Positions 1 through 11,393 of a stretch of 64,000 nucleotides of DNA are shown here, piece by piece; position 1 is the stretch's first letter; every line of letters starts with the position of its first letter. The notes under the pieces were generated by a model that ran no database searches, was not told where the DNA came from, and was given only the letters and a program-made list of their open reading frames with translations. This DNA is from Adineta vaga (Eukaryota; Animalia; Rotifera), in contig CP075492.1 in the NCBI GenBank assembly GCA_021613535.1, positions 18,476,001 through 18,540,000 of the forward strand. Reading direction: 5' to 3'. Both the position numbers and the translations under genes were made by a program.

Positions 1-56
1 TTGATCTCTTTTTTCTACATCATTATCGACACGCTCGTTAGACGTAGATGTTAACA

Positions 57-478
57 TTAAACAAATGAACAACCTATACCAAAGGTACCACCAGGTGCCT
101 AAAATAAAAAACAATTTCATCCAAAAGTAACCTTTCTCATATAGAAAAAAATGACATACGAGACAGCAGAACGGATGTTTATCTCCACAATCAGTACCTG
201 CACTAAGAGCTATTTCACAATTTCCAACTATAAAAGATAAATGAACTATTATAGTATCAGTTTGGTAAATAATAATAAGAAGATATACCTGCGTATCCAT
301 TCGTGAATGAACAACACATAGATAATCCGAAACCACATCCTGGATGTCTATTATCACGACGAACTAGATGATGTAATTGAAATTTGTTATTTTGTAATGG
401 TACTGCTTCGTTGAATTGAACAATAACAGCGAGAAGAATCAGAGCAATAGTAAATGAAAGAATTGTAAAAGATTGCAT
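57..478 (-). CDS. Secreted 99-aa Cys-rich protein with hydrophobin-like C-CC-C-C-CC-C pattern (3 exons: 478-289, 227-160, 98-57)
   Basis: Two 61-nt GT-AG introns join in frame to give MQSFTILSFTIALILLAVIVQFNEAVPLQNNKFQLHHLVRRDNRHPGCGFGLSMCCSFTNGYAVGNCEIALSAGTDCGDKHPFCCLAPGGTFGIGCSFV*. Signal peptide, dibasic RR site, 8 Cys. Confidence 0.8.
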
Positions 479-1568
479 GATGTTGCTATTAAATTCGAAT
501 CGTTGTTTATGTAGAAATATTACAATATAATATAATTTTTTTTACGAATTTTTCTCTGCTTTTTATACCTATACTCATGACTTTATATAACCAAAATAAA
601 ACTCACAACTAGAATACTTTTGTTAGTAAAATAGCTTTTCATTGTCTATTAAACAAAGAAAACAATGAATGGTTTTTTTCCCTGTCATTATATGCATGTC
701 ATCATTTTATTTATATCGTATAAAGATAATTGTGCATTGATCATTGTTTACGATAAAAATAGTATTTTACTGTATATGATCAAAGAGTGCATAACTTTGT
801 ATTGGTAATATGAAAGAAAATTTTGCATTGAAAATCTGATTTTTCTTGTTTATTAATCGGAATTTGAATGAACAATATTCAAAAGTTAAACTCTTGTTCA
901 TCGATAATAAAAAACAAATTGCCTCATTATTTCTCAGTACAAAATCATGTATTTGTGGTTACACAGTAAAATTAAGGTATGTAAGATAAAATGACGGAGA
1001 GAAAAAAACAATCATTATTCTCTTTGTATGAAATACAATATGATAATATTTAATACTAACAACGAAATATCCTATCTACATGTGAGTTGTAGTTCTGACT
1101 AGTTAAAGATACTAATCTATCGAACTCGATGGACTGATTTTCGTGATATGTTCTGATTTTGTCTACAGATCTTCAAATCAAAAATGATTACTTTTGTTTG
1201 TAGAAAATAACAAAATGAAAATATCAGAACTTAGAACATAATATTCTGTCAAAAAATGTGAAATCTTCTATTATTCTTATTCTTATAGAAAGAAGAAAAA
1301 CACTGTTTGCTATTAATATACACATAATAGAAATTCTATTGAGAATAATACTCAAAGAAATGAAAGTTTTTCAAAATAAAATATATTTCATCTAGGAAAA
1401 ATTTCATTGTTTGAATATACAAATTTTGAATTTCATTTTTCTCTTCGTTTCATTCAATATAAAAAATGTTCTTTCTAGAAACTTCTATAATACTTTTCAT
1501 GACAGGAAATTGAGTTAATGGAAAATGTTCGGATAAAAGTCAAAGTTAGAAAAACTATACTTGAAGTT

Positions 1569-1610
1569 TAGAGTGTGGGTGTCAGATCGATGCAGTACCC
1601 ACACCCTCAA
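1569..1610. repeat. Head-to-head telomere-like cassette (GTGTGGGTGT...ACCCACACCCTCAA)
   Basis: G-rich arm, short unique spacer, C-rich arm ending CCCTCAA. Confidence 0.6.
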
Positions 1611-1739
1611 CTCTAAAAGGTTATACAACTAAGCTATTAGATAATGACAGGAATTGATTAATTTCAAGTTGTTACGAGAATGTCCTTGTTTTCTTTGTAG
1701 GTAAGGAAAATGTTCGATAAGACTTAGAGTTGCTGATCC

Positions 1740-1905
1740 GTCCCCAATGATAATTGATTCCCATCTCTCCAAAATTGTCCATTCTCCAATTTTTCAGTGT
1801 AAACACAATATAAAATAGAATCAGCACCTATTTCAGGTGATCGTCCACCTTCTGCCTTATTACTTAGATCAGTTGAACAAAGTTCTGGACAGACAGCGCT
1901 AATCG
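1740..1905 (-). pseudogene. 3' part of carbonyl reductase/SDR-like pseudogene split by the foldback element
   Basis: Minus strand reads (TIS)AVCPELCSTDLSNKAEGGRSPEIGADSILY, resembling the CBR-type C-terminus (NACCPGWVRTDM...KSPEEGAETPVY). It joins the 10384-10571 piece in frame once the element and one TSD are removed. Confidence 0.65.
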
Positions 1906-2774
1906 ACGTAGGATATCTTAGCGCCCGATTCGAGTTTTTCCAGGGCCGATTCGCCTATGGACTGGAACCAACGCTCACTTTGGTGGAGCCAGATGCAGTT
2001 CAACAAGCTCCATCGATTCCAAAAGAAAAAATTTCAAAAATACCCGCCCTTACCTCTCAAAAACACGAAAAACAGCGAAAAAACATCCAAAAAAAGCTAA
2101 AAAACGAGAAAAACCTGATCGGATTCGCCTATGGACCGGAACCAACTCTGCTTTTGGTGGAACCAGATGCAGCTCGACGAGCTCTACCGATTCCACATCT
2201 TATTTTTCCATTTTGAGCTCTTTGTAGCCCAGAAATCTGTTAATTATCAATCAACACATCATAACTGCACTAACAAAAAAATTTCATTCGCTACTTTCTT
2301 TCAACCAATGGGATATTTTTCTCTTGTAAGATGTCATAAATCACAACTAAAAATTTTTTCGTTGTTATATTTTTAAAAATTATTTATTTTATGAATATTA
2401 ACGATTAAAATAAAATAATTATGAATTGGACGGAATGTTTGACCTAAAATAATTTTTAGGCCTCAGACACACTATAAAAAATAAAACTGAAATAAGACAC
2501 GCGATTGGTTGAAAATTTAAAACAGAATTAAGTCAGGTCGGCTACCTGACTTAGATGATAAATCACCAATCAGATCGATGTATCGTTTGTACCAATCGAA
2601 ATATATGTGTGGCGCCGCTATTATATGGTCATTTTCGTCGAGGTGTGTTGTGTCGATTGACTATTGCTTTCATTAAAGTGGACGTCGAAAAGAAAAATAA
2701 ATGTTTTGTTCATTTTTGGTCGTGTCTTGGAATAGAAAGTACGAAATTTTCATCTGTTTACTGTATTTTAGATA

Positions 2775-4773
2775 ATGAAACCACGTTATATTCGATTCAT
2801 CACTCCACCAAATACAAATTTTAAATTAAATGCTCTACCACAAAATAGAATTCGATTCATGTCAATTGGACCATCAATTTCAATTCGAAACTCTAATCCA
2901 TCATATCAAATCGTCAGCGAAATTGAACAGCAAGCATCAATTGCAGATCCACCTCGTATGATACCATCCTTAACACCTGAAATGATTGATTTATCGGAAG
3001 ATATTGTGCCCGATGGAATAATTAGTACACAAGTTGCTGTATCTACTGTAGAGACATTTCCAACGACGTCATCGCAATCTGCCAACGTTCTTAAAAATGA
3101 ATCAAAAACTATCGATCGTATATTAACATCAGATTCGAGTACGTGAATTGTTTTAACTACTCCTTCTGAGAACTATAGATCTTTTGAAAACGAAACAATT
3201 CTTTGAGATGAAAAGAATTTTGTGCTTTTTAAATTTTAATTCATTATTTCAGAGCAAGTGATGTTCTACTAATTTTAGCTTCAAATGCAGCAACATCAAA
3301 TCTGCTACCAAAACCGATTGATTTAATTATTAAAAGAAGCCGGTCACCATCTGTTGACAAGAAACCATTAAATGTGAAGAAATCTAACGTGAAGATTATA
3401 AAAGAAGAAATAAGTAAATCAATGTTTTCTTTTGCGATTATTTATCTTTCTTTCTTCAGATCACAAGCCAACAAAACGTGGAAAAAACTGGTCAGAAAGC
3501 GAAACGATTGCTTTTATTGGTATATGGGCAGATCATTATTCACAACTAACCAACGGAAATAAAAGACATTGCCCAGGTCGAAAAATCCGAGCCGGATCCG
3601 ATCGGAACCAGAACATTCCGGTCATTTCATGGAAGCAGGATTCCGACCCGGATATTTTCGGACTTTTCCACTCGCTTCTGACTAACTTCCAGTAAGTTCC
3701 AGTCGGAAAACGACTGGAATTCACCAGAACAGTCCGAGAAATTCCGATCGGAATACTGCTTCCACTCTCCTTTGTTTTCCGGTTGGAACCTTTTGGAACT
3801 AGCTGGAACCGTCCGGAATATCCTCGGAAAGGCGTGATTTCTGGCAGGTTCCTTTCGGATCCGGAGGCCGGAACGTCCGTCCTGGGTGCCCAGTATACAA
3901 CGCTATGGCGGAACAAATCAATAGTATCTTGGCTCCAAGGTGTCTTAGTGCTCAAGATGTGAAGGGAAAAATTGGTAATCTAGTTACAGAGTATAGAAGA
4001 AAGAAGAAAGAACAGGGCAAAACTGGTGCGAGCCCTTGTACATGGACTTATTTCGATTTGATAGATAAAATTGTGGGTAAGTTTATTGCTCTTTCTTTCA
4101 ATGAGGTATTACTCTCTAAAACCACTTTTTATTAAATGAAAACTAGTAGAAAATCTGAGTACTTAGGAAATAAAACGTTTCAGTGATCTAAACATATTTT
4201 GTTCTTTGTTTCAGGTGAAAGACCTTACAACGACAACAATCTTCTTTCGGATTCAATGACGATTGAACAAGAAGATCTATTGGAAGAGATAAGCAACGTC
4301 GAAGTGTTTGATCTGAACTCAACTCAGATAGCTAAGGAAGCGGACGAATCATTCTCATTAACAAACGATATTGAACGAATTATAAGTCCAGTTCGTAATG
4401 ATTCAATTGCTTTGAAAAGTCCGCCAAGCAATCGAACTGCTTTAGAATGCAGCACTGCTACGACATTGGCATTATCGGCGAAAAAGAACCTTATCGTAAA
4501 GAAGAAAAAAGCTGCTGATATGAAGTAACTAATATATGTATATTTTTTCTCAGAAAACTAATAATTCTTTTATTATCAATTGACAGATCTGATTTGATGA
4601 AGCAACTTCTTGTCAAAATAGACGACGCTAATGCAGCTGCTGCTGAATCAGAAGTCAAAATGCTCGAACTTCTCGATAAACAAACGCAACTTCAAGCTGA
4701 AAGTGTTCAGAATGACAAGGAATTTTTGAATGTATTCAAAATGCTTGTTCAGAATATGACTCCTGGACACTGA
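2775..4773 (+). pseudogene. Harbinger Myb/SANT-like (MADF/trihelix) DNA-binding protein, spliced, disrupted by a MITE
   Basis: RGKNWSESETIAFIGIW...YNAMAEQIN...DVKGKIGNLVTEYRR...WTYFDLIDKIVG motif; coiled-coil C-terminal exon ending TGA 4771-4773; 317-nt insertion inside the Myb exon. Confidence 0.8.
3572..3886. mobile_element. MITE with CCCAGG...CCTGGG termini and 2-bp TSD (TG), EnSpm/CACTA-like
   Basis: Removing it restores KRH-CPVYNAMAEQ in the Myb ORF; GC-rich, many CCGGA/GGATCC motifs. Confidence 0.85.
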
Positions 4774-4920
4774 ATCTCTTCCTTAGTTTAGATTTATGTA
4801 TTGATCAATATTAATTCATAAAAATTCTTTGTTTATGGTATATTTCATGTTATTTATGTTATCAATAACTTATTCATTTATATAAAATATGATTAATATC
4901 TTTCTTCATTTGTTTTCTAG

Positions 4921-6212
4921 ATGACTAATCAAGCACTGACGGGATTGATCCAATTGTATATATTAAAGAGAAAAAGATTACAACGTGAAATTAACTATTT
5001 TCGTCTCGAATACCAGTATCATCAACAAAATAATCATCGGACTCTGCGTAATCGAAATCGACTTATCTTATATTTATTAATGCTTGTTAAATCTTCTTCT
5101 CTTTTAAATCGTCGATGTGTTTGGTCCCATAGGAAAAGTGGCAGGTGGTGGTTAGAAATTGTACCAATAATGACAAATGAACAGTTTAAAGAAAACTTTA
5201 GATTGAATCGAACGACCTACAACGAATTGATACGACAAATTGGTCCATATTTACAAAGAGAAGACACAACTTTTCGGCCAGCTGTGTCTGTGGAAAAGAG
5301 AATAGCTTGCGCTCTATATTTAATAGGTTCGACAATCACTTTATGAAAAATATTATCTGTTTCGTTTGTTTTAGGTTCCACATGTGAGTTGAGAACGGCT
5401 GCACACTTATTTGGAATTGGAAAGACAACAGCTGGTCAAATCTTCATGAATTTTGCTCGATTTTAGTGGAAAATTTCTTTCATCGATTTATCAAGTTTCC
5501 TTCGACATCAAATGAAATTAATGATACTATCAACGACTTTTACACTAGATGTGGATATCCTATGTGTATTGGCTCCCTGGATGGCACTCATATTCCAATA
5601 AAACCGCCGTTGGGATTCGAAACTGACTATTTCAACTATAAGAAATACCACTCTGTTATCATGTTGGCCGTCGTGAATTCTTCTTTACTTTTTACTTATG
5701 TCAACGTAGGCGCACCTGGAAGATGCAATGATTCGTCCGTTTACTCACGCTCAACTTTATCGGATGTAATGCAGATGCCGGTATATGCTCATCACTATAT
5801 TTCCATTAATAATGTTAAAATCCAATCACATTTAATTGCCGATTCAGCATTTGCATTGAAGTCCACCGTGATCAAACCATACGGAGAAAGACCAAATATG
5901 CCACGTTCACAACGTTTATTTAATTATCGCCTTAGTAGATGCAGATGCTCTGTTGAAAGAGCTTTTGGTTCGATGAAGAACCGTTTTAGATGTTTACATA
6001 AGAAGTTGGAGTATAGTATAGATCATGTATGCACCCTCATCAAAGCAACGACAATTTTACACAATCTCTGTATTATTAGCAATGATCATCTGGAAGTTGA
6101 GTGGGATATTCCACAAACAATATACAAAAAACCACCTTGTAATACTCAAGCAACAGGTGCAGCCGGCATACGTGAAGCACTTACGATTTTCTTTGAACAA
6201 AATCCTTTGTAA
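4921..6212 (+). pseudogene. Harbinger (HARBI1/DDE_Tnp_4-like) transposase; intron 5327-5374 and an apparent 1-nt frameshift near 5441
   Basis: FKENFRL; IGSLDGTHIPI; YFNYKKYHS; GRCNDSSVY; ADSAF; FNYRLSRCRCSVERAFGSMKNRFR; LHNLC. Exon 2 reaches TAG unless one base is restored (expected GQILHEFCSILVENFF). Confidence 0.85.
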
Positions 6213-7696
6213 ACATTTCGTTTTTTGTGTAACGTTAATGGAATTAGATTATTTACGTCAGTGTGTAATAATAAATGATTTATGTTATACTTGTTGACAT
6301 TTTATAATCCCTCACGTTCATCAGTCTGCAGGAAACCTATTGCAAAAGTTCAATTCTACACTATATAAATGTATGAAGTAAAATTTTATATAGAAAATAA
6401 GCGTATGTTAGCGACACGTATCGTTGATTCATTATTTATCATAGTGTATTTTCTGCTTTCTTATTGGCGATTTAAGCGCATAGTGTGTACGGGGTCAAAT
6501 TAAAACGAAAATAAATCTGTTTTATTTTTCATAGTGTGTCTGAGGCCTTAGTTTAATAAATTTTAAAATAGACGGCGTTCTCTGCCAGTTCAATAGAATG
6601 CATGTGATTGGATAGAAAAGTTCTATTGGTCGATTCATTTCATCCAATGATGGAAAAAATGTCAATAGTCGTTGTTTGATAGAAATTTGACAATGTTGAA
6701 CAAAAAATTAACAGAATTAATCGATAAAATACTTTTTTAGTGAAAAAATTCTTTTAACGAAAATATAAATAAAAATGAATAAATTTTTTGAGAAATTGTT
6801 TTATTTAAAATTAATTCTCAAAATCAGATAAATTGATCTTTATGGTCAGAAAAAAATAAAATTTTATGAATTTGTTTTGAAAAAAAAGAATTTTATTTAA
6901 AATTTCTTTTTAATTTAATTCTATAAATAATAAATACTGATCATTATGATCAATGTAGAAAAATGAGAGAATTATTTAAAATACGAATGGAATTTTTGAG
7001 TTTGAAGATTAAAGTTTTTATCGTGAGAAGAATTGATTAGAATGAAAAATTCAATTTAGTTAAAATATATGATGGATCGCTAGCCTGTTTGTTTTCAATG
7101 TCGAATTGGATAACGAAGAATAGAAATAAATATTAGAAAAGATTTATATTCAAATCGCTACAATTCTCCAAAAGAAATGTGCAGATTGATAGTATAAAGA
7201 GTTTCTTATATTGTATGATATCATAAATAATTATAAGTAGTGTGAAAAATGGACGCCAAAAATGACAAGAAGGAGATGTTTTCCATTATAATAACGATTT
7301 ATTGAAAGTTTAACGATTTTTATAAAATGATTTAGGAATTTGATCATTTATTTTTTAGATAAAAGATAGCGAAAATTACCAAGGATGTTCAATTGGATGT
7401 ACATCCCATTTATTGTCCATTTCTAGTGAGTGATGCTTTTGGCAGAAGCTGACACAATTGATTGAATGTCAAAATAAATTAAAAGGTTTGCTTTCGACTA
7501 CTGATAGGTGTATGTTATTGACTTTTTTTTGTGACAATGTTCGTAATTTGTCTTATGTGCTTTATATCTTGATACTGTGTGTTTACTCACTTCATTCTAT
7601 GAAGAGTAGGTTCTTTTATTTGTTGAATAGATATGGGAACACTCAATAATCGAGTTTAACCTCACGAATGTATTGTATAGATAAGGAAGGTGGTGT

Positions 7697-9035
7697 TTGT
7701 TCTTTTTTTTATTTTCAAGAGGTGTTGATATTTATAGTCATTCACGGTCACGATTAATTGAAATCGATTTAAATCGCATTTTAACACAACATCAACCTGA
7801 TAAAACGATCGATGATAGTAAATCAATTATTAACTTTTTTAATAAACGATTCTTTTCAAGAGAATCGGATAAACATTTATTGCCATTGAAACCACAAAAT
7901 AATGTTGCTGAAAATTATTCTAATATTCCACGTCTTCGTTCAACATCAACTGAAACAATTTTTCATCATATTACCAATAATGAAATTTCTTTTGATCATT
8001 TATCTCATGATGATTTATATTTAATTTTGAGTGCAGTATTCTCAGCAATGGATAACTCATATGTGATACATAACGTTCAAGAATCGTTAAATACATTTAA
8101 TCGATTAATTATAGGACAAAGTGTGTTTGTTCTACGATATTGCTTATTGAGTAATACTGAATTAACATCTTCTAAACCATGTCTGGCTATTTCAACATTG
8201 TTTTTACAAAGTCCAATTGATGATATGTCACAATTTACAGTTTTTCAATTTATTTCATTACCCGTCGTAATTAATCATGAACAATATAAATACTCAAATC
8301 TTCCAAAGATGATTGGAATAAATTCTGTTGATAACACAATAGTTTTATGGAATGATGATACGGATATTGATGAATGTACATTTTCTATGATTACTTTATG
8401 CAAAACCAAACCTGTTTCAGTTAAATTATCTAAACATTCATGTATATCAGAGCTTATTAATGATCAATCAATTTCTACAGATATGTGTTCAGTTAGTCGT
8501 TCACAAAATGTAGAACAAAATGTTTTCCATCTTCATAGTGGTATTTGGTATATTTCTGAAGTACAAGATGATATTCGATGTGATATTTTTTCCAATACGA
8601 ATGAAATTATAGAAACTATTGAAGTAAAAGAACCTTCACTATTACGTTTACCTTGTGATCAAAAACTAACATGTAATGATTTTAAACTATCTTCTATTTC
8701 ATGTGGTTCAGATCGAATAACTATCATACCAACTCCGCGTTTTAATATACGGAAAATGGCCCGATTCTTTTTACCAATTACTAATTATGGTCAAATGATC
8801 AACTCATCGTATCGAATACAATCAAAAAAAAACAATTCAAGATATATTACTAGCTTTTACATTGCAAAAACCTACTATCAAACAGATACTACGTGACATC
8901 GCCACATCAATATCATCAATTTTAGTTTTTTTGGTAATCTTTGGACTTATGTATGCATTCAAATTAATTAAATACAAATTACAAAGAAAAATAAACGAAC
9001 TTGAATCTGTTCTATATGACATAGAACTTGTTTAA
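7697..9035 (+). pseudogene. Envelope/fusion glycoprotein (baculovirus F / errantivirus env-like) C-terminal fragment with TM anchor
   Basis: Cys spacing and motifs (FTVFQFISLPV, ECT..ITLC, SCISELI...MC, L..GIWY, RC...IEVKEPSLLRLPC...TC) fit F/env ectodomains. TM and tail (IATSISSILVFLVIFGLMYAFKLIKYK...IELV*) lie in the +1 frame after an A-run at ~8823-8832. No signal peptide seen. Confidence 0.65.
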
Positions 9036-9407
9036 ATTATATGTCATACATATTACTGTTCATATATAGCTATAGATTTCTGTCAATTATTATTATAGAT
9101 TAGTAGCAGTTTTGATTCCTCTCGTAGATTATGTTCATTTTCTTTTAAATAAACATCATTGTTCATGTGCACTAATACATTTGTAAACTGTTATTACAGA
9201 TTAATAAAGTTCTTCTCTCTATTTGAAAGTGCATTTCATATGAGCAATGTAATTATTTGCTTTAAATACATTTTCTTCACAAATAAGTCATCACTAGTAT
9301 TTGAGCTCCTCATTTCTGTTTAAAAACAATTATCACCCAACAGATATCTGGATAATTCCTATAAATAGCTTATTATTCAAAATTTTATTTTAAATTTTTA
9401 CAGAAAA

Positions 9408-10383
9408 ATTCTTTCATTTTTCTACATTGATCATTAATGATCAGTATTTATTATTTATAGAATTAAATTAAAAAGAAATTTTAAATAAAATTCCTTTTTT
9501 TCAAAAAAAATTCATAAAATTTAATTTTTTTCTGACCATAAAGATCAATTTATCTGATTTTGAGAATTAATTGTAAATAAAACAATTTCTCAAAAAATTT
9601 ATTCATTTTTATTTATATTTTCGTTAAAAGAATTTTTTCACTAAAAAAGTATTTTATCGATTAATTCTGTTAATTTTTTGTTCAACATTGTCAAATTTCT
9701 ATCAAACAACGACTATTGACATTTTTTCCATCATTGGATGAAATGAATCAGCCAATAGAACTTTTCTATCCAATCACATGCATTCTATTGAACTGGCAGA
9801 CAACGCCGTCTATTTTAAAATTTATTAAAATAAAAATTATTTTAGGTCAAACATTCCGTCCAATTCATAATTATTTTATTTTAATCGTTAATATTCATAA
9901 AATAAATAATTTTTAAAAATATAACAACGAAAAAATTTTTAGTTGTGATTTATGACATCTTACAAGAGAAAAATATCCCATTGGTTGAAAGAAAGTAACG
10001 AATGAAATTTTTTTGTTAGTGCAGTTATGATGTGTTGATTGATAATTAACAGATTTCTCGGCTATAAAGAGCTCAAAATGGAAAAATAAGATGTGGAATC
10101 GGTAGAGCTCGTCGAGCTGCATCTGGTTCCACCAAAAGCAGAGTTGGTTCCGGTCCATAGGCGAATCCGATCAGGTTTTTCTCGTTTTTTAGCTTTTTTT
10201 GGATGTTTTTTCGCTGTTTTTCGTGTTTTTGAGAGGTAAGGGCGGGTATTTTTGAAATTTTTTCTTTTGGAATCGATGGAGCTTGTTGAACTGCATCTGG
10301 CTCCACCAAAGTGAGCGTTGGTTCCAGTCCATAGGCGAATCGGCCCTGGAAAAACTCGAATCGGGCGCTAAGATATCCTACGT
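9408..10383 (-). repeat. Right TIR of foldback element (uninterrupted copy)
   Basis: Near-identical reverse complement of the left TIR; lacks the Harbinger insertion and so shows the empty TTA site. Confidence 0.9.
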
Positions 10384-10571
10384 CGCTAATCGTCATATTC
10401 TTTGCAGAATATTTTTTATTTCAATCACGTGCTTCCAAACGAGTTAAAATGGTAGCACCTAGTTTTTCTGCACTATAGTATGTAAAATCGACACCTGGAA
10501 GAGGAGAAAATTCAATAGAATCAAAGCCCACTGTCCTTGGATCTTTTCCTTCTTCGACTACTTTAAAGAAA
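10384..10571 (-). pseudogene. 5' piece of the split SDR/carbonyl reductase-like exon
   Basis: YYSAEKLGATILTRLEARD*NKKYSAKNMTIS contains a YxxxK catalytic motif; in-frame TGA at 10421-10423. Confidence 0.65.
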
Positions 10572-10589
10572 CTGAAATAAATAAGTACC

Positions 10590-10830
10590 GCTCGTCGTGC
10601 CGACTCACTTAACCCTCGACTGCGCAGGACAGGTATTTTGAGCTTCTCCCAATAGTGAGACGAATTCATCTGGCAAACTAATATACCAGAAAACGGCTCA
10701 CATGTTATTGTTCAAATATATATTAACTTTCAAAAACAAAATATTAATCTTTTTGGAAAATCAATTTCACCCAACACCCATCTCTATACCCTCGCCCATG
10801 GTTTCAACCAACATCCATGCCCTTACTCCC
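10590..10830 (+). repeat. Dispersed repeat, copy 1 (copy 2 at ~56648-56850)
   Basis: Shared TCGTCGTGCCGACTCACTT..CCCTCGACTG...CAGGTATTTT...AGACGAATT...AATTTCACCCAACA. Confidence 0.7.
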
Positions 10831-11393
10831 TCAAGATGATGATTTCAAATTAACCTTCACTAATCTGTTTTTGACCTTTGACCCTGACACAAATTTACAA
10901 ACAAACAAACAATTTTTTTTCATAAGACCCTCCCTGCAGTCGAGCGAATACTGTTACAAACTGTAGTATCTAATAATGAAACAAATAACGCGCAAGGGTG
11001 TGGGTGTGGGTGTGGTTGTGAGACTAAGGAGTACACGCACCCTCCAAATTCGCTTTCAAAATGTTTTATGTGCCACCTGTAGATAATGAAGAGAGAAAAC
11101 GTAACATGTCATTTATGTATTGAGTATCCGCTGTCTGTCTACATCTAACAATCGGAGAAGTGAAATTACTACATAGACATCTGTCGCGCTCAGTTTGTAT
11201 GTATGATTATGAAGAAAAAGCTGGTTACTCACGTCGGAGCGTAACAGTTTTTAGCAAAAGGATTTAATCAATTAATTAATTTGTTTCTCTCTACTTCCCA
11301 ACAAGGAAAGCACACGAACGAACGATAAATAATGAATGTCAATCACTGACAAAAGCACAATGGACAAGAAATGAGACAAAGTTCAAGAGTAAA

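Larger units (their letters stand above)
2459..6547 (+). mobile_element. PIF/Harbinger transposon inserted in the left TIR of the foldback element
   Basis: 28-bp TIRs GGCCTCAGACACACTAT(A/G)AAAAATAAAA; TTA TSD (2456-2458, 6548-6550); Myb/SANT-like gene plus DDE transposase gene. Confidence 0.95.
1906..10383. mobile_element. Foldback/MULE-like non-autonomous DNA element with ~980-bp TIRs
   Basis: 1906-2458 plus 6551-~6973 is the reverse complement of ~9408-10383. Flanked by direct repeat CGCTAATCG (1897-1905, 10384-10392). The TSD can be read as 9, 7 or 5 bp because CG is self-complementary. Confidence 0.9.

Noticed and set aside
1980-2376. Short ORFs duplicated at 9913-10396
   Set aside because: They lie within the TIRs; the duplication reflects the inverted repeat, not coding constraint.
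3536-3955. 139-aa minus-strand ORF and similar ORFs at 44115-44430
   Set aside because: They overlap GC-rich MITE sequence and show no protein motifs.
7681-7700. Purine-rich tract followed by TG (possible PPT/LTR start)
   Set aside because: It lies upstream of the env-like ORF rather than downstream, and no second LTR copy was found.
1906-10383. Polinton/Maverick or endogenous virus interpretation of the long-TIR element
   Set aside because: No pPolB, integrase, packaging ATPase or capsid ORFs between the TIRs.
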